From contig JAAYSO010000105.1 in NCBI GenBank assembly GCA_012523945.1, positions 10,072-74,071 on the forward strand: a DNA stretch of 64,000 bases. The letters are read 5' to 3'. A program made the translations under genes and the position numbers. The notes beneath the pieces were generated by a model that saw only the letters and a program-made list of their open reading frames with translations, was not told where the DNA came from and ran no database searches. This DNA comes from Bacillota bacterium. GTDB lineage: Bacteria; Bacillota; Dethiobacteria; Dethiobacterales; Dethiobacteraceae. Positions 36,401 to 45,112 of this stretch are shown piece after piece (position 1 is the stretch's first letter; each line of letters begins with the position of its first letter).

Positions 36401-39211
36401 TTGAGAAAAAAAATCTTCTTAGTAGTAGCAATTCTTTTCTGCATGCTGTTGCTGCAGGCTTCCGTCTTTGCCCAAAGCACGGCCATCATTCATGAAGAGA
36501 TTGAAGAAACAAATCTTGCCAAGGACGTAGTTTATAAGTGTATTACACGTTTTACCGATTTGGGCTGGTACAAAATCCATGTTATTGAGGGCAATCTGAC
36601 TGATGAGTTTATTGAATTGGAAGCATTAACTTCTCCCGCAGGTATTGGCACAGGCAGCACCCTGCCGCAGATGGCCATTAATCCTAAAATTATTGCCGCC
36701 ATTAACGGTGACTTCTTTATCTCCGGGGAAAGCTATTCTCCCATCGGTCCTGTAGTCAGAAACGGCGTTATGCATAGCAGTCCTACATACAGAAGGGATG
36801 AACTGGCAGTCCTGGCCCTGGATTATTATAATACGCCCCTACTGGATTACTGGCAGTGGCAGATATCTTTGCAAGCAAAAGATAAAACTTTTGCCCTTTC
36901 CGCCATTAATAAAACCAGTTCTAAATTTGACTACCCTGTTGTGTATACAAAAGCTTGGGGGCAGCTGGCACCCCAACCGAATATTGCAGATATTGTCTAC
37001 ATAGTAGCGGAAAACAACCGTGTAAGCGATATTATCCAGGGACCCGGCCGCCAGGTGGAGATCCCGGAAAACGGCATGGTCATCATGGCCAGGGGTAACC
37101 TGGCTGCACAGATGCTGCAGGTATTGGAGATTGGCAGTGACGTAGAACTTGACATCCACAGCACTCCCGATTATGCCGCCCTGAAACTGGCCCTGGGCGG
37201 CGGCACCATCCTGGTAAAAAATGGTTCTATTTATCCCTTTACCCATAATGTCAGCGGAAACCATCCCCGCACAGCCATCGGCTTTTCCTATGACGGCAGT
37301 AAAGTGATGATGGTGACGGTGGAAGGCAGGATTGCGGCCTCCCGCGGCATGAGTCAGGCGGAACTGGCACAACTGATGCTGGAGCTGGGCGCTTATCATG
37401 CCATTAATTTGGATGGCGGCGGTTCCACAACCATGCTGGCCCGCAAACCTGGCGCTATCAATCTGACCCTGGTAAACACTCCGTCTGACGGCAGTCTCAG
37501 GCGCATTGCCAACGGTATTTCCCTGACCAATAATGCTCCCCTGGGCGAACTTAAACATATTATACTGGAAGTGGAAGATAAAAATCTCTTTTTAGGTTTC
37601 AGCCGCACCATTACCGTCAGAGGTTTTGACGAACATTATAATCCCGTTACCATTAACCCCGAATTAATCTCGTGGGAACTTACAGGCGTTGCCGGCCACA
37701 TCAGCAACCAGGTTTTTTACCCGGCAGCCGCCGGCACGGCTGAAATTACCGCCCACTACCTGGGTTTAAGCGCCAAGTCAACGTTGAAAGTCCTGGAACC
37801 ACCTGTGGCATTAATTTTACCGGATCCAATCAGAACAAATACAGAGCGCACATTGCCTTTTACCGTTTACGGCAAAAATTTAGCCGGATTTACGGCACTG
37901 ATTGAAAACAGAGATCTTAATCTCACCACCACAATTGGTTATCTCGACAAACAAAATTACCATAGCGGCAGCCGGGAAGGAGCCGGCGAAATTAAGCTTA
38001 CCTTTAACGGTTTAGATTACATTGTGCCCGTCTCCGTGGGCTCTAAACGGGTTGTTCTGGACAATTTTGAACGACTGACAGCCGGTTTTTCTGCCTATCC
38101 TGCAGCAGTAACGGGAAGTTACGAACTTGATTTTACAAACCTTTATAACGGAGTAGCCGGCGGCAAATTAACTTATGATTTTACAGCCACCGAGGCCACC
38201 GCCGCTGCCTACGTGCAATTTGACGGCGACGGTATCATCCTGGAAACACTGCCGGAAAAAATCGGTGTCTATGCTTACAGCCCCACTGTGTCTTCCCATT
38301 GGGTCAGATTGACGGTGGAGGATGCAACAGGCAAAAGTTTAAATCTTGATCTCGCCCGGGAAATTAACTGGACAGGTTATAAGTTTATCGAGACACAGGT
38401 TCCGCAAGGCCTTACCGCTCCCCTTTACCTTAAACGCCTGTATGTGGTGGAAACCAACCCGGCGGCCCATGATGTGGGAGAAATTTATTTTGATGATCTG
38501 ACAGCCATTTATCCCCATGAGCTTACCGGCACCGTCTATCCGGCACGACAGGTACTTTATGATCCCCACAGAATTGAGACGCCGCCTGCAAACTATACTT
38601 TTAGTTTTTCCGTCTTTGGCAGCACCTACCGGAAAAAATTAATTGATAAGCTGGTAGTGAACAAAATGACGGACTTGGCGGTGGCTGCGGGACAACCGGC
38701 AATCTTTACCGGTAAGGTAGATAAAAACGTCTTAAAGGATTTAGACATACCTGTCATTACCTCCGGTGAAGGTTATACGGCAGCAAAATTCGCTGAGAAT
38801 ATCTTTTTGCAGCTGGATAATTCCTCCGGCGGATTAAGATCTTATTCACCACAGCAGTGGCACTGGTTTAAAGAACAACTGGCAAATATGGAGTCCGGTA
38901 ATCTCTTTATTATCATGCCGCGGCCGGTTTGGGGCAAAAAAGGCTTTACAGACAAACTGGAGGCAGAACTTTTTAACAGTTATCTCTCCGAACTGTTCAC
39001 CGCTAAAAAAATAAATGTCTACGTACTTACCGGCGGGGAGGATAAAATAACTTATGAAGTCCGCAGCGGCGTAAAATATCTAACCGTTAGCGGCACAGAC
39101 GTCAACTTGACAGCCACCTCCGGTTTAGAAAATTATAATTATCTCCGCTTTTATGTCACAGAAACCGGACAAGTTCACTATCAAGTCTTGCCTCTTTTCC
39201 CGCTACAATAA
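36401..39211 (+). CDS. Large secreted protein with a phosphodiester glycosidase (DUF2233/NAGPA-like) domain
   Basis: 936 aa. TTG start behind GGGAGGGAG. Signal peptide ...LLLQASVFAQS. DUF2233-like motifs AAINGDFF...PIGPVVRNG...RTAIGF...HAINLDGGGSTTM. The C-terminal ~550 aa are not assigned. Confidence 0.7.
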   Translation: MRKKIFLVVAILFCMLLLQASVFAQSTAIIHEEIEETNLAKDVVYKCITRFTDLGWYKIHVIEGNLTDEFIELEALTSPAGIGTGSTLPQMAINPKIIAAINGDFFISGESYSPIGPVVRNGVMHSSPTYRRDELAVLALDYYNTPLLDYWQWQISLQAKDKTFALSAINKTSSKFDYPVVYTKAWGQLAPQPNIADIVYIVAENNRVSDIIQGPGRQVEIPENGMVIMARGNLAAQMLQVLEIGSDVELDIHSTPDYAALKLALGGGTILVKNGSIYPFTHNVSGNHPRTAIGFSYDGSKVMMVTVEGRIAASRGMSQAELAQLMLELGAYHAINLDGGGSTTMLARKPGAINLTLVNTPSDGSLRRIANGISLTNNAPLGELKHIILEVEDKNLFLGFSRTITVRGFDEHYNPVTINPELISWELTGVAGHISNQVFYPAAAGTAEITAHYLGLSAKSTLKVLEPPVALILPDPIRTNTERTLPFTVYGKNLAGFTALIENRDLNLTTTIGYLDKQNYHSGSREGAGEIKLTFNGLDYIVPVSVGSKRVVLDNFERLTAGFSAYPAAVTGSYELDFTNLYNGVAGGKLTYDFTATEATAAAYVQFDGDGIILETLPEKIGVYAYSPTVSSHWVRLTVEDATGKSLNLDLAREINWTGYKFIETQVPQGLTAPLYLKRLYVVETNPAAHDVGEIYFDDLTAIYPHELTGTVYPARQVLYDPHRIETPPANYTFSFSVFGSTYRKKLIDKLVVNKMTDLAVAAGQPAIFTGKVDKNVLKDLDIPVITSGEGYTAAKFAENIFLQLDNSSGGLRSYSPQQWHWFKEQLANMESGNLFIIMPRPVWGKKGFTDKLEAELFNSYLSELFTAKKINVYVLTGGEDKITYEVRSGVKYLTVSGTDVNLTATSGLENYNYLRFYVTETGQVHYQVLPLFPLQ

Positions 39212-39273
39212 AGATGCTTCGCTTTCCCGAAAAGAAAGGAATTAGGATTGATACATTTTTCCAGAAAATAAGC

Positions 39274-39299
39274 AAAAGGACAGGTACGCCTGTCCTTTT
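39274..39299. terminator. Bidirectional rho-independent terminator
   Basis: aaaaggacagg-tacg-cctgtcctttt. It lies between the convergent 36401-39211 gene and the small ORF. Confidence 0.6.
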
Positions 39300-39325
39300 G
39301 CACTGAGTTTAACTTTATAAGCACT

Positions 39326-39490
39326 TTATTCATCTATTACCTGATCAATATCTTTTTCAATCTGTCCCACACAAAGCTCCCTTGCTATTTCCGTGTCCAC
39401 CATCTCATAACCCAGCTCTTTTTGTTTTTCCTCCCTCTTTTTTGCCGCCATTTTTTTAAATTCTGCGAAAGTATATTTATTTTTTTGCAA
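39326..39490 (-). CDS. Small hypothetical protein, 54 aa (below the ORF-track cutoff)
   Basis: Own translation: MQKNKYTFAEFKKMAAKKREEKQKELGYEMVDTEIARELCVGQIEKDIDQVIDE. TTG start 10 nt after AAAGGAAAGGAGG. Bracketed by terminators at 39274-39299 and 39558-39600. Confidence 0.35.
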   Translation of the reverse strand: MQKNKYTFAEFKKMAAKKREEKQKELGYEMVDTEIARELCVGQIEKDIDQVIDE

Positions 39491-39557
39491 AAAGTTTTCG
39501 CCTCCTTTCCTTTTTAGTGTCTGAATTTTACTGTAAAGTATGCTCCTTATTTTTGCA

Positions 39558-39600
39558 CAAAAAACACCGACAGCACCAAAATCTTTGGTACTATCGGTGT
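39558..39600 (-). terminator. Terminator after the SDR gene
   Basis: 17-bp minus-strand stem acaccgatagtaccaaa / tttggtgctgtcggtgt (G-U pairs work only on the minus strand), followed by TTTTTT. Confidence 0.6.
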
Positions 39601-39686
39601 TTTAGGCGGACAGGGAGACATCAAGGCCTGATTTGTATTTTCCTATCCGGTGGCATCTAGATAAAAAAGAAGCGACTTCCTGTTTG

Positions 39687-40469
39687 CTACAGGGTGGTGG
39701 TAAAACCGCCGTCAACATTGATCACCCAGCCGTTAATATAGTCAGAAGCACTGCTGGCTAAAAAGACGGCTGTACCCATTAAATCATATACTTGTCCCCA
39801 GCGGCCTAAAGGGATGCGGTTAGTGATTTTTTCATAAAACTCCTGATCGGAGCTTATGGCTATATTTACATCTGTTTGAAAGAAACCGGGGGCAATGGCA
39901 TTAGTCTGGATATTGTACTGCCCTAACTCGTTGGCAAAAGTTCTGGTGATGCCGACCACTGCATGTTTAGCCGCCACATAGGACGGGCACATTTTATCGG
40001 CGGTAAAGGAAAGCGCCGATGCAATGTTAATGATTTTGCCTGCTTTTTGTTTCACCATTACTTTGGCCACTCTATGACTTAAATAGTAAACTGCATTCAT
40101 ATTAATTTTAATTACCCGGTCAAATTCAGCGTCGGGGAAATCAAGGAAATCGCAGAAATAATTGGTACCGGCATTATTAATTAAAATATCGATGCGGCCA
40201 AATTTCTCCAGGCACTTTTCCACAATTTCATCCAGATGTTTTTTCTCAGCCAGATCACCTTGTAGAAATTCCACCCGGCGCCCAAGGCCTTCAATCATTT
40301 CCTTAACTTCGGAGATATTATCCGTCAAATGTGGAATAAAGATATCGGCTCCGGCCTTGGCTAAAGCATAAGCATAACCCATGCCCAGCCCCTGGTTGGC
40401 ACCGGTAATAATGGCAACTTTACCCTCCAACGAAAAGATATCCATGGAAAAATCTTGGATTTTTTTCAT
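39687..40469 (-). CDS. SDR-family oxidoreductase (KduD/FabG-like)
   Basis: 260 aa. Cofactor motif TGANQGLG, NNAG, catalytic YVAAKHAV. RBS AGGAGG. Confidence 0.85.
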   Translation of the reverse strand: MKKIQDFSMDIFSLEGKVAIITGANQGLGMGYAYALAKAGADIFIPHLTDNISEVKEMIEGLGRRVEFLQGDLAEKKHLDEIVEKCLEKFGRIDILINNAGTNYFCDFLDFPDAEFDRVIKINMNAVYYLSHRVAKVMVKQKAGKIINIASALSFTADKMCPSYVAAKHAVVGITRTFANELGQYNIQTNAIAPGFFQTDVNIAISSDQEFYEKITNRIPLGRWGQVYDLMGTAVFLASSASDYINGWVINVDGGFTTTL

Positions 40470-40481
40470 TTTCCCCGCCTC

Positions 40482-41843
40482 CTATCTTTGATCTAACGGA
40501 ATGTATGGGCGTATTTCAGATACAGCCTTGTAAGCAGGCCGGATAATTTTACTGGGGTTTGCCAGCTCTTCAATGCGGTGAGCAGCCCAGCCGGCAATAC
40601 GCGCGATGGCAAAAATTGGTGTATATAGTTGTAACGGCAAATCCAGCATATTGTAAACAAAGCCACTGTAAAAATCAACATTGGCGCTGACACCTTTATA
40701 AATAGATCTTCTCTCGCTGATAATTTGCGGGGCCAGCCTCTCCACCAGCGCATATAATTCGTATTCTTCCGTACGGTCCTTTTCTTTCGACAGTTTTTCT
40801 ACAAAGCTTTTGAAAATTTTCGCCCGCGGGTCAGAAAGTGAATAAACGGCATGTCCCATCCCGTAAATGAGACCGGAGTGGTCAAAAGCTTTTTTATCCA
40901 GGACACGTATGAGGTAATCGGCTACCTGGCCTTCATCTGTCCAGTCGGAAACATTTTTCTTTAAATCTTCCACCATCTGTACAACTTTAATATTGGCACC
41001 GCCATGCTTTGGTCCTTTAAGGGAACCGATGGCAGCAGCAATGGTGGAATAAGTGTCTGTTCCGGAAGATGTAACAACGTGGGTGGTAAAAGTAGAGTTA
41101 TTGCCACCCCCGTGTTCAGCATGAAGGACAAGGGCTAAATCAAGTATTTTAGCTTCAAGTTCTGTATACTGACTGTCCGGTCGCAAAATATGTAAGAAAT
41201 TCTCAGCTGTGGACAGTTCCGGTTTAGGTACATGAATGTACAAACTTTTTCTGTCATGGTAATGACAGTAAGCCTGGTAGCCATAAACGCATAATAGCGG
41301 GAATAAGGCTAATAATTGCAAAAGCTGGCGTAAAACATTAGGCAGGGAAATATCATCGGCATAATCATCGTAAGCATACATAGTTAAGACACTGCGTGCC
41401 AGGGTATTCATCATGTCCTGGCTGGGAGCTTTCATGATGATATCACGGACAAAATTTGTCGGCAGTGACCGGTACTTGGCAATAATCCGGCAGAATTCTT
41501 CCAGCTCCCCGGCAGCTGGCAGTTCACCAAATAAAAGCAAGTAAGCTACTTCTTCATAACCAAAGCGATTTTCATTAATAAAACCGGCCACAATTTCTTC
41601 AATATCAATACCTCTGTAATAGAGTTTACCTTCACAAGGTACTCTTTTCCCATCCTCAATTTTAAAGGAAACAATATCGGAAATTTTCGTCAGCCCGGTC
41701 AGGACGCCTTGTCCATCCAGATCGCGAAGCCCTCTTTTCACATCGTACTTCTTATAAAGAGTCGGATCAATGGCACTGTTGGCTTGGCAACGCTCTGCCA
41801 ACCTGGCAATTTCCGGAGTTATCTGCGAGAAAGGATTGCTCAC
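40482..41843 (-). CDS. Citrate synthase family protein
   Basis: 453 aa with a GTG start. Motifs LHAEHGGGNNSTF, GPKHGGAN, GMGHAVY, NVDFYSG are typical of citrate/2-methylcitrate synthases. Confidence 0.85.
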   Translation of the reverse strand: MSNPFSQITPEIARLAERCQANSAIDPTLYKKYDVKRGLRDLDGQGVLTGLTKISDIVSFKIEDGKRVPCEGKLYYRGIDIEEIVAGFINENRFGYEEVAYLLLFGELPAAGELEEFCRIIAKYRSLPTNFVRDIIMKAPSQDMMNTLARSVLTMYAYDDYADDISLPNVLRQLLQLLALFPLLCVYGYQAYCHYHDRKSLYIHVPKPELSTAENFLHILRPDSQYTELEAKILDLALVLHAEHGGGNNSTFTTHVVTSSGTDTYSTIAAAIGSLKGPKHGGANIKVVQMVEDLKKNVSDWTDEGQVADYLIRVLDKKAFDHSGLIYGMGHAVYSLSDPRAKIFKSFVEKLSKEKDRTEEYELYALVERLAPQIISERRSIYKGVSANVDFYSGFVYNMLDLPLQLYTPIFAIARIAGWAAHRIEELANPSKIIRPAYKAVSEIRPYIPLDQR

Positions 41844-41998
41844 GTTGACATCACACCTTTCTTAAGAGAATTTGCCAAAAAAGAAATGGCAGCAAGAAAG
41901 ACAACAATTTTTGTGACAATTTAACGCTATTATATCATAATCAGGCTGCCCTGTCTTGCCGCAGTAACGTGACTTTTGCAACTTTATTTTATTTTTCA

Positions 41999-42025
41999 GA
42001 AAAGAAAAAAGGCACCACAAGTGCC
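41999..42025 (-). terminator. Terminator after selO
   Basis: Minus strand ggcac-ttgtg-gtgcc, followed by TTTTTTCTTTTC. Confidence 0.5.
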
Positions 42026-42032
42026 CGAATTT

Positions 42033-43505
42033 TTAGGTGCCGCAAAATGTCCGGTACGGGACTTCTGAAGGTAGAGGGGGCGCTGCATATTTTTCCTGTT
42101 CCGCTGTATAGGCAAAAGGTGCCGCCAGGATTTGGAGCAAGTTCTTCATGACGCTGTAATCCTCCCTTTCCACAGCCGCAGCCAAGGCCTCCTCCACCAG
42201 GTAGTTGCGGGGTATTACTGCCGGATTGCTGCGTTTCATTAATGACAGCACTTCTTCTGCAGTTTCCCGTTGCTGCTGTAACCTTTTTTGCCACAGTTTC
42301 CGCCAGGCGGCAAATTCCCTGCTGCAAAACAACTTGCCGCTATTTGTTTCGCCTAAAGTCAAAGCCCGAAAAGTATTAGTGTAATCAACCTGATATTGCT
42401 CCATTAAATTTAGCAACTCTACGACTAGAGTTTCATCATCTTCATGGGTATTAAACAAACCTAGTTTTGCCCTCATGCCGGCAAGCCAGTATTTTTTATA
42501 CAGGAGTTCATACTGATCCAGCGCCTCCTGGGCCAACTCTACAGCCTGCTCTTGATTTGTATGGAAAAGCGGCAGCAATGCTTCAGCGAAGCGGGCCAGA
42601 TTCCAGCCGCCAATCTCCGGCTGGTTACCATAAGCATAGCGGCCCTCATGGTCAATGGAGCTAAAGACTGTGGCCGGATCATAAGTATCCATAAAAGCAC
42701 AAGGCCCATAATCTATCGTTTCGCCGCTGATGGTCATATTGTCTGTATTCATCACGCCGTGAATAAAACCGACGAGCTGCCACTTGGCAATCAGTTTTGC
42801 TTGTCTGTCAACTACCTGCTCATACAGTTTTAAGTAGCAGTCTGCCTCATTTTTATATTCAGGAAAATGTCTTTGCAGTGTATAATCCGCCAATGCTTTC
42901 AGTTCAGCAAATTTACCCCAGGTGGCAGCAAATTGAAAAGTACCCACACGCAAATGACCGGCTGCCACACGGCATAAAACTGCTCCCGGTAAAACTTTTT
43001 CCCTCCGCACCCCTTCACCTGTTCTTACTACCGCCAGGCTGCGAGTAGTGGGAACACCAAGGGCATACATGGCTTCACTTATAATATATTCCCGCAACAT
43101 AGGCCCTAAAGTGGCCCGGCCGTCACCACTGCGGGAATACGGGGTGCGACCCGAGCCTTTGAGTTGCAGATCGAAACGCCTGCCGTCCGGTGTGATCTGC
43201 TCTCCCAATAAATGTGCCCGGCCGTCTCCCAACATGGTAAAATACCCGAACTGGTGGCCGCCGTAAGCTTGAGCCAAAGGCTTGGCCCCGGCAGGAAGGC
43301 GGTTGCCGGCAAAAACTTCTGCGCCTGCTTCTCCTTGCAATACATCAGGATTCAAACCTAATGACACGGCCAGGGAGCGATTAAAAATAACCATTTCCGG
43401 TGCCCGGACAGGTATCGGTTTAATTTGCGTAAAAAATATTTCCGGCAACCGGAGATAACTATTGTCAAAATTCCAACCAGCCTTTATTTGTGCAACTTTT
43501 GCCAT
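42033..43505 (-). CDS. selO: Protein adenylyltransferase SelO (YdiU/UPF0061)
   Basis: 490 aa. Motifs [39 protein letters not shown]-terminal ...TFCGT tail. RBS AAGGAG. Confidence 0.9.
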   Translation of the reverse strand: MAKVAQIKAGWNFDNSYLRLPEIFFTQIKPIPVRAPEMVIFNRSLAVSLGLNPDVLQGEAGAEVFAGNRLPAGAKPLAQAYGGHQFGYFTMLGDGRAHLLGEQITPDGRRFDLQLKGSGRTPYSRSGDGRATLGPMLREYIISEAMYALGVPTTRSLAVVRTGEGVRREKVLPGAVLCRVAAGHLRVGTFQFAATWGKFAELKALADYTLQRHFPEYKNEADCYLKLYEQVVDRQAKLIAKWQLVGFIHGVMNTDNMTISGETIDYGPCAFMDTYDPATVFSSIDHEGRYAYGNQPEIGGWNLARFAEALLPLFHTNQEQAVELAQEALDQYELLYKKYWLAGMRAKLGLFNTHEDDETLVVELLNLMEQYQVDYTNTFRALTLGETNSGKLFCSREFAAWRKLWQKRLQQQRETAEEVLSLMKRSNPAVIPRNYLVEEALAAAVEREDYSVMKNLLQILAAPFAYTAEQEKYAAPPLPSEVPYRTFCGT

Positions 43506-43618
43506 TTTTAGCTCCTTATCATTTCGCGTTTTTTTTATTTTTTGCTTCTCTACAGTCCACTATTAAAGTGTAATCTGGGAAAGCGGGAAAAAAATTATAA
43601 AAAGATAAAAAGTTTTTT

Positions 43619-43644
43619 GAACTAATTTACCTTTCATGCCGACT
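43619..43644 (+). promoter_or_regulatory. ECF-type promoter candidate (TGAAC-N17-CGAC) upstream of the ECF sigma gene
   Basis: tgaac at 43619-43623 and cgac at 43641-43644. This resembles the GAAC...CGTC architecture of autoregulated ECF promoters. Confidence 0.4.
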
Positions 43645-43671
43645 CTATAAGTGAAAGGGTTGAGGGAAAAG

Positions 43672-44148
43672 ATGAATTTTAAAAAGTTTTATACCCTTTA
43701 TGCCGATACTGTTTATTCCTTTATTTATTTTAAAGTTAAAGACAGGTTCCTGGCAGAAGATCTTTTGCAGGAAACTTTCCTGGCTGTATACAAAAATCAC
43801 GGCAATTTAGCCACGATCCGATCCCCTAAAGCCTGGGTCCTCTCCATTGCCCAACGCAAAATTGTCGATAAATTACGCAAAGAAAAGCATCAACCCTTTT
43901 CCACTGACTCCTTGGCGGAACAACCTTTTACCGAAATAAGCCCAATGGAAACAAACCTTTTTCTGGAGGAACTTCTCAACCGTTTAGACGAAACTTCACG
44001 ACAAATTATTTATGGCATCTATGTGGAGCAGCTTTCTTATAAAGAGTTGGCGGAAATCTTAAACCTACCCGAGGGTACGGTAAAAAGTAAAGCATATTAT
44101 GCCAGGGCAAAGTTAAAACGCTGGCTGGAGGCAGATAAAAATGATTGA
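43672..44148 (+). CDS. ECF-family RNA polymerase sigma factor
   Basis: Region 2 is DLLQETFLAVYKN...AWVLSIAQRKIVDKLR. Region 4 is LSYKELAEILNLPEGTVKSKAYYARAKLK. I prefer the ATG at 43672 (RBS GAGGGAAAAG, downstream of the ECF promoter) over the GTG at 43651. Confidence 0.85.
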   Translation: MNFKKFYTLYADTVYSFIYFKVKDRFLAEDLLQETFLAVYKNHGNLATIRSPKAWVLSIAQRKIVDKLRKEKHQPFSTDSLAEQPFTEISPMETNLFLEELLNRLDETSRQIIYGIYVEQLSYKELAEILNLPEGTVKSKAYYARAKLKRWLEADKND

Positions 44149-44488
44149 AAGCGAAGAAAAAAAATTGGATATAATCCTGCAATACCTGCACAATCAACTT
44201 AATAACCAGGAAAAATTAGTTTTTTTTAACCTCCTTAAAACCGAAACCGCTTTCCGGGCTCTGTTTGCGGCTGAATGGAGATTGTATAAGGAACTGCAAC
44301 CAGTTAAAAGAAAAATGTCTGCAGCACAAAAAGAGCATATTCTAAAAGAGGTTTTGGAGCAGGCCAATCCTTATTCCGCCGGCGAAAAAGTAATCACTAA
44401 ATTTATACAAGAACTTTTGTCACTGATCTTACCGGTTCCGGTAATGCCGTTTATTAAAATTGCAAAGGAGTTGAGTGTAAGTGACTGA
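44141..44488 (+). CDS. Hypothetical protein, possible anti-sigma factor (position-based)
   Basis: 115 aa. Overlaps the sigma gene by 8 nt. RBS GGAGG. N-terminal helical region, but no HxxxCxxC zinc motif. Hydrophobic segment LLSLILPVPVMPFIKIA near the C-terminus. Confidence 0.45.
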   Translation: MIESEEKKLDIILQYLHNQLNNQEKLVFFNLLKTETAFRALFAAEWRLYKELQPVKRKMSAAQKEHILKEVLEQANPYSAGEKVITKFIQELLSLILPVPVMPFIKIAKELSVSD

Positions 44489-44729
44489 TCAGGTAAAAGA
44501 AGTCACGGAAATGCTTGAAATGGTAACAGAAAAATTGCCTAAATTACTCAATGCCATCCTTCAATCCCTCTATTCCCAGGAGACAGGTGCAGAAATGGGC
44601 AAAGCAGCGGGAACATTTTACAACGAATTAATCGCCGCCGGTGTCCCGAAGGAAGACGCACTGGATATGACAAAAGATTATCTGAAGACTTTAATGAATT
44701 TAGCACCTTCCGCCATAAAAGCAGATTAG
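44481..44729 (+). CDS. Hypothetical small acidic protein
   Basis: 82 aa. GTG start 10 nt after AAGGAG. 8-nt overlap with the upstream ORF. No recognisable family. Confidence 0.4.
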   Translation: MTDQVKEVTEMLEMVTEKLPKLLNAILQSLYSQETGAEMGKAAGTFYNELIAAGVPKEDALDMTKDYLKTLMNLAPSAIKAD

Positions 44730-44962
44730 TGATGGCAGGTTTTGCCATGAGAGTCATTCGGCTGTTTTCTCTCGCTGCCCTTTTACTTGGTAAATTAATG
44801 GTGTTAATTCCTCAAGGCCTCTATGTCAGGAACAATGGGGTCAAAGCATTTGCAGAGCAGCTGCGTCTTTTGCAGATCGAGCCAGAGATTATTCAAGAAT
44901 TATCCCGTACCTATAAAGAACTGGGCCAGATAAAAAGTTGGTATAGTCAAAGCAAAAGTTAA
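44729..44962 (+). CDS. Hypothetical small membrane protein
   Basis: 77 aa, starting at GTG 44729 or ATG 44732. One TM segment, VIRLFSLAALLLGKLMVLIP. No clear RBS. A strong terminator follows directly. Confidence 0.35.
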   Translation: MMAGFAMRVIRLFSLAALLLGKLMVLIPQGLYVRNNGVKAFAEQLRLLQIEPEIIQELSRTYKELGQIKSWYSQSKS

Positions 44963-44964
44963 GC

Positions 44965-44999
44965 AAAAGTGTCCGTCGCTATCCGGCGGACACTTTTTT
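44965..44999 (+). terminator. Terminator of the ECF sigma cassette
   Basis: aaaagtgtccg ... cggacactttt stem, followed by TTTTTT. Confidence 0.65.
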
Positions 45000-45112
45000 G
45001 CACTTTTGCTGGTAACACTTGGTTTTACGGAAAAATTATGTGCGTATATCAATATTTACATTTGAAATAATAAAATTAGGTCTTGATAACATTGTGAAAG
45101 AAGGAGTGTATT

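Noticed and set aside
36225-36431. 68-aa minus-strand ORF in the GC-rich intergenic element
   Set aside because: It overlaps the start of the 36401 gene on the opposite strand, has no RBS, and has an Arg/Pro/Gly-rich composition produced by the GC-rich hairpins. It is better explained as a non-coding structure.
36839-37558. 239-aa minus-strand ORF inside the 936-aa secreted-protein gene
   Set aside because: It is fully antisense to a CDS with strong domain signatures. It has no RBS, and its Gly/His/Gln-rich composition is typical of the reverse frame of a real gene.
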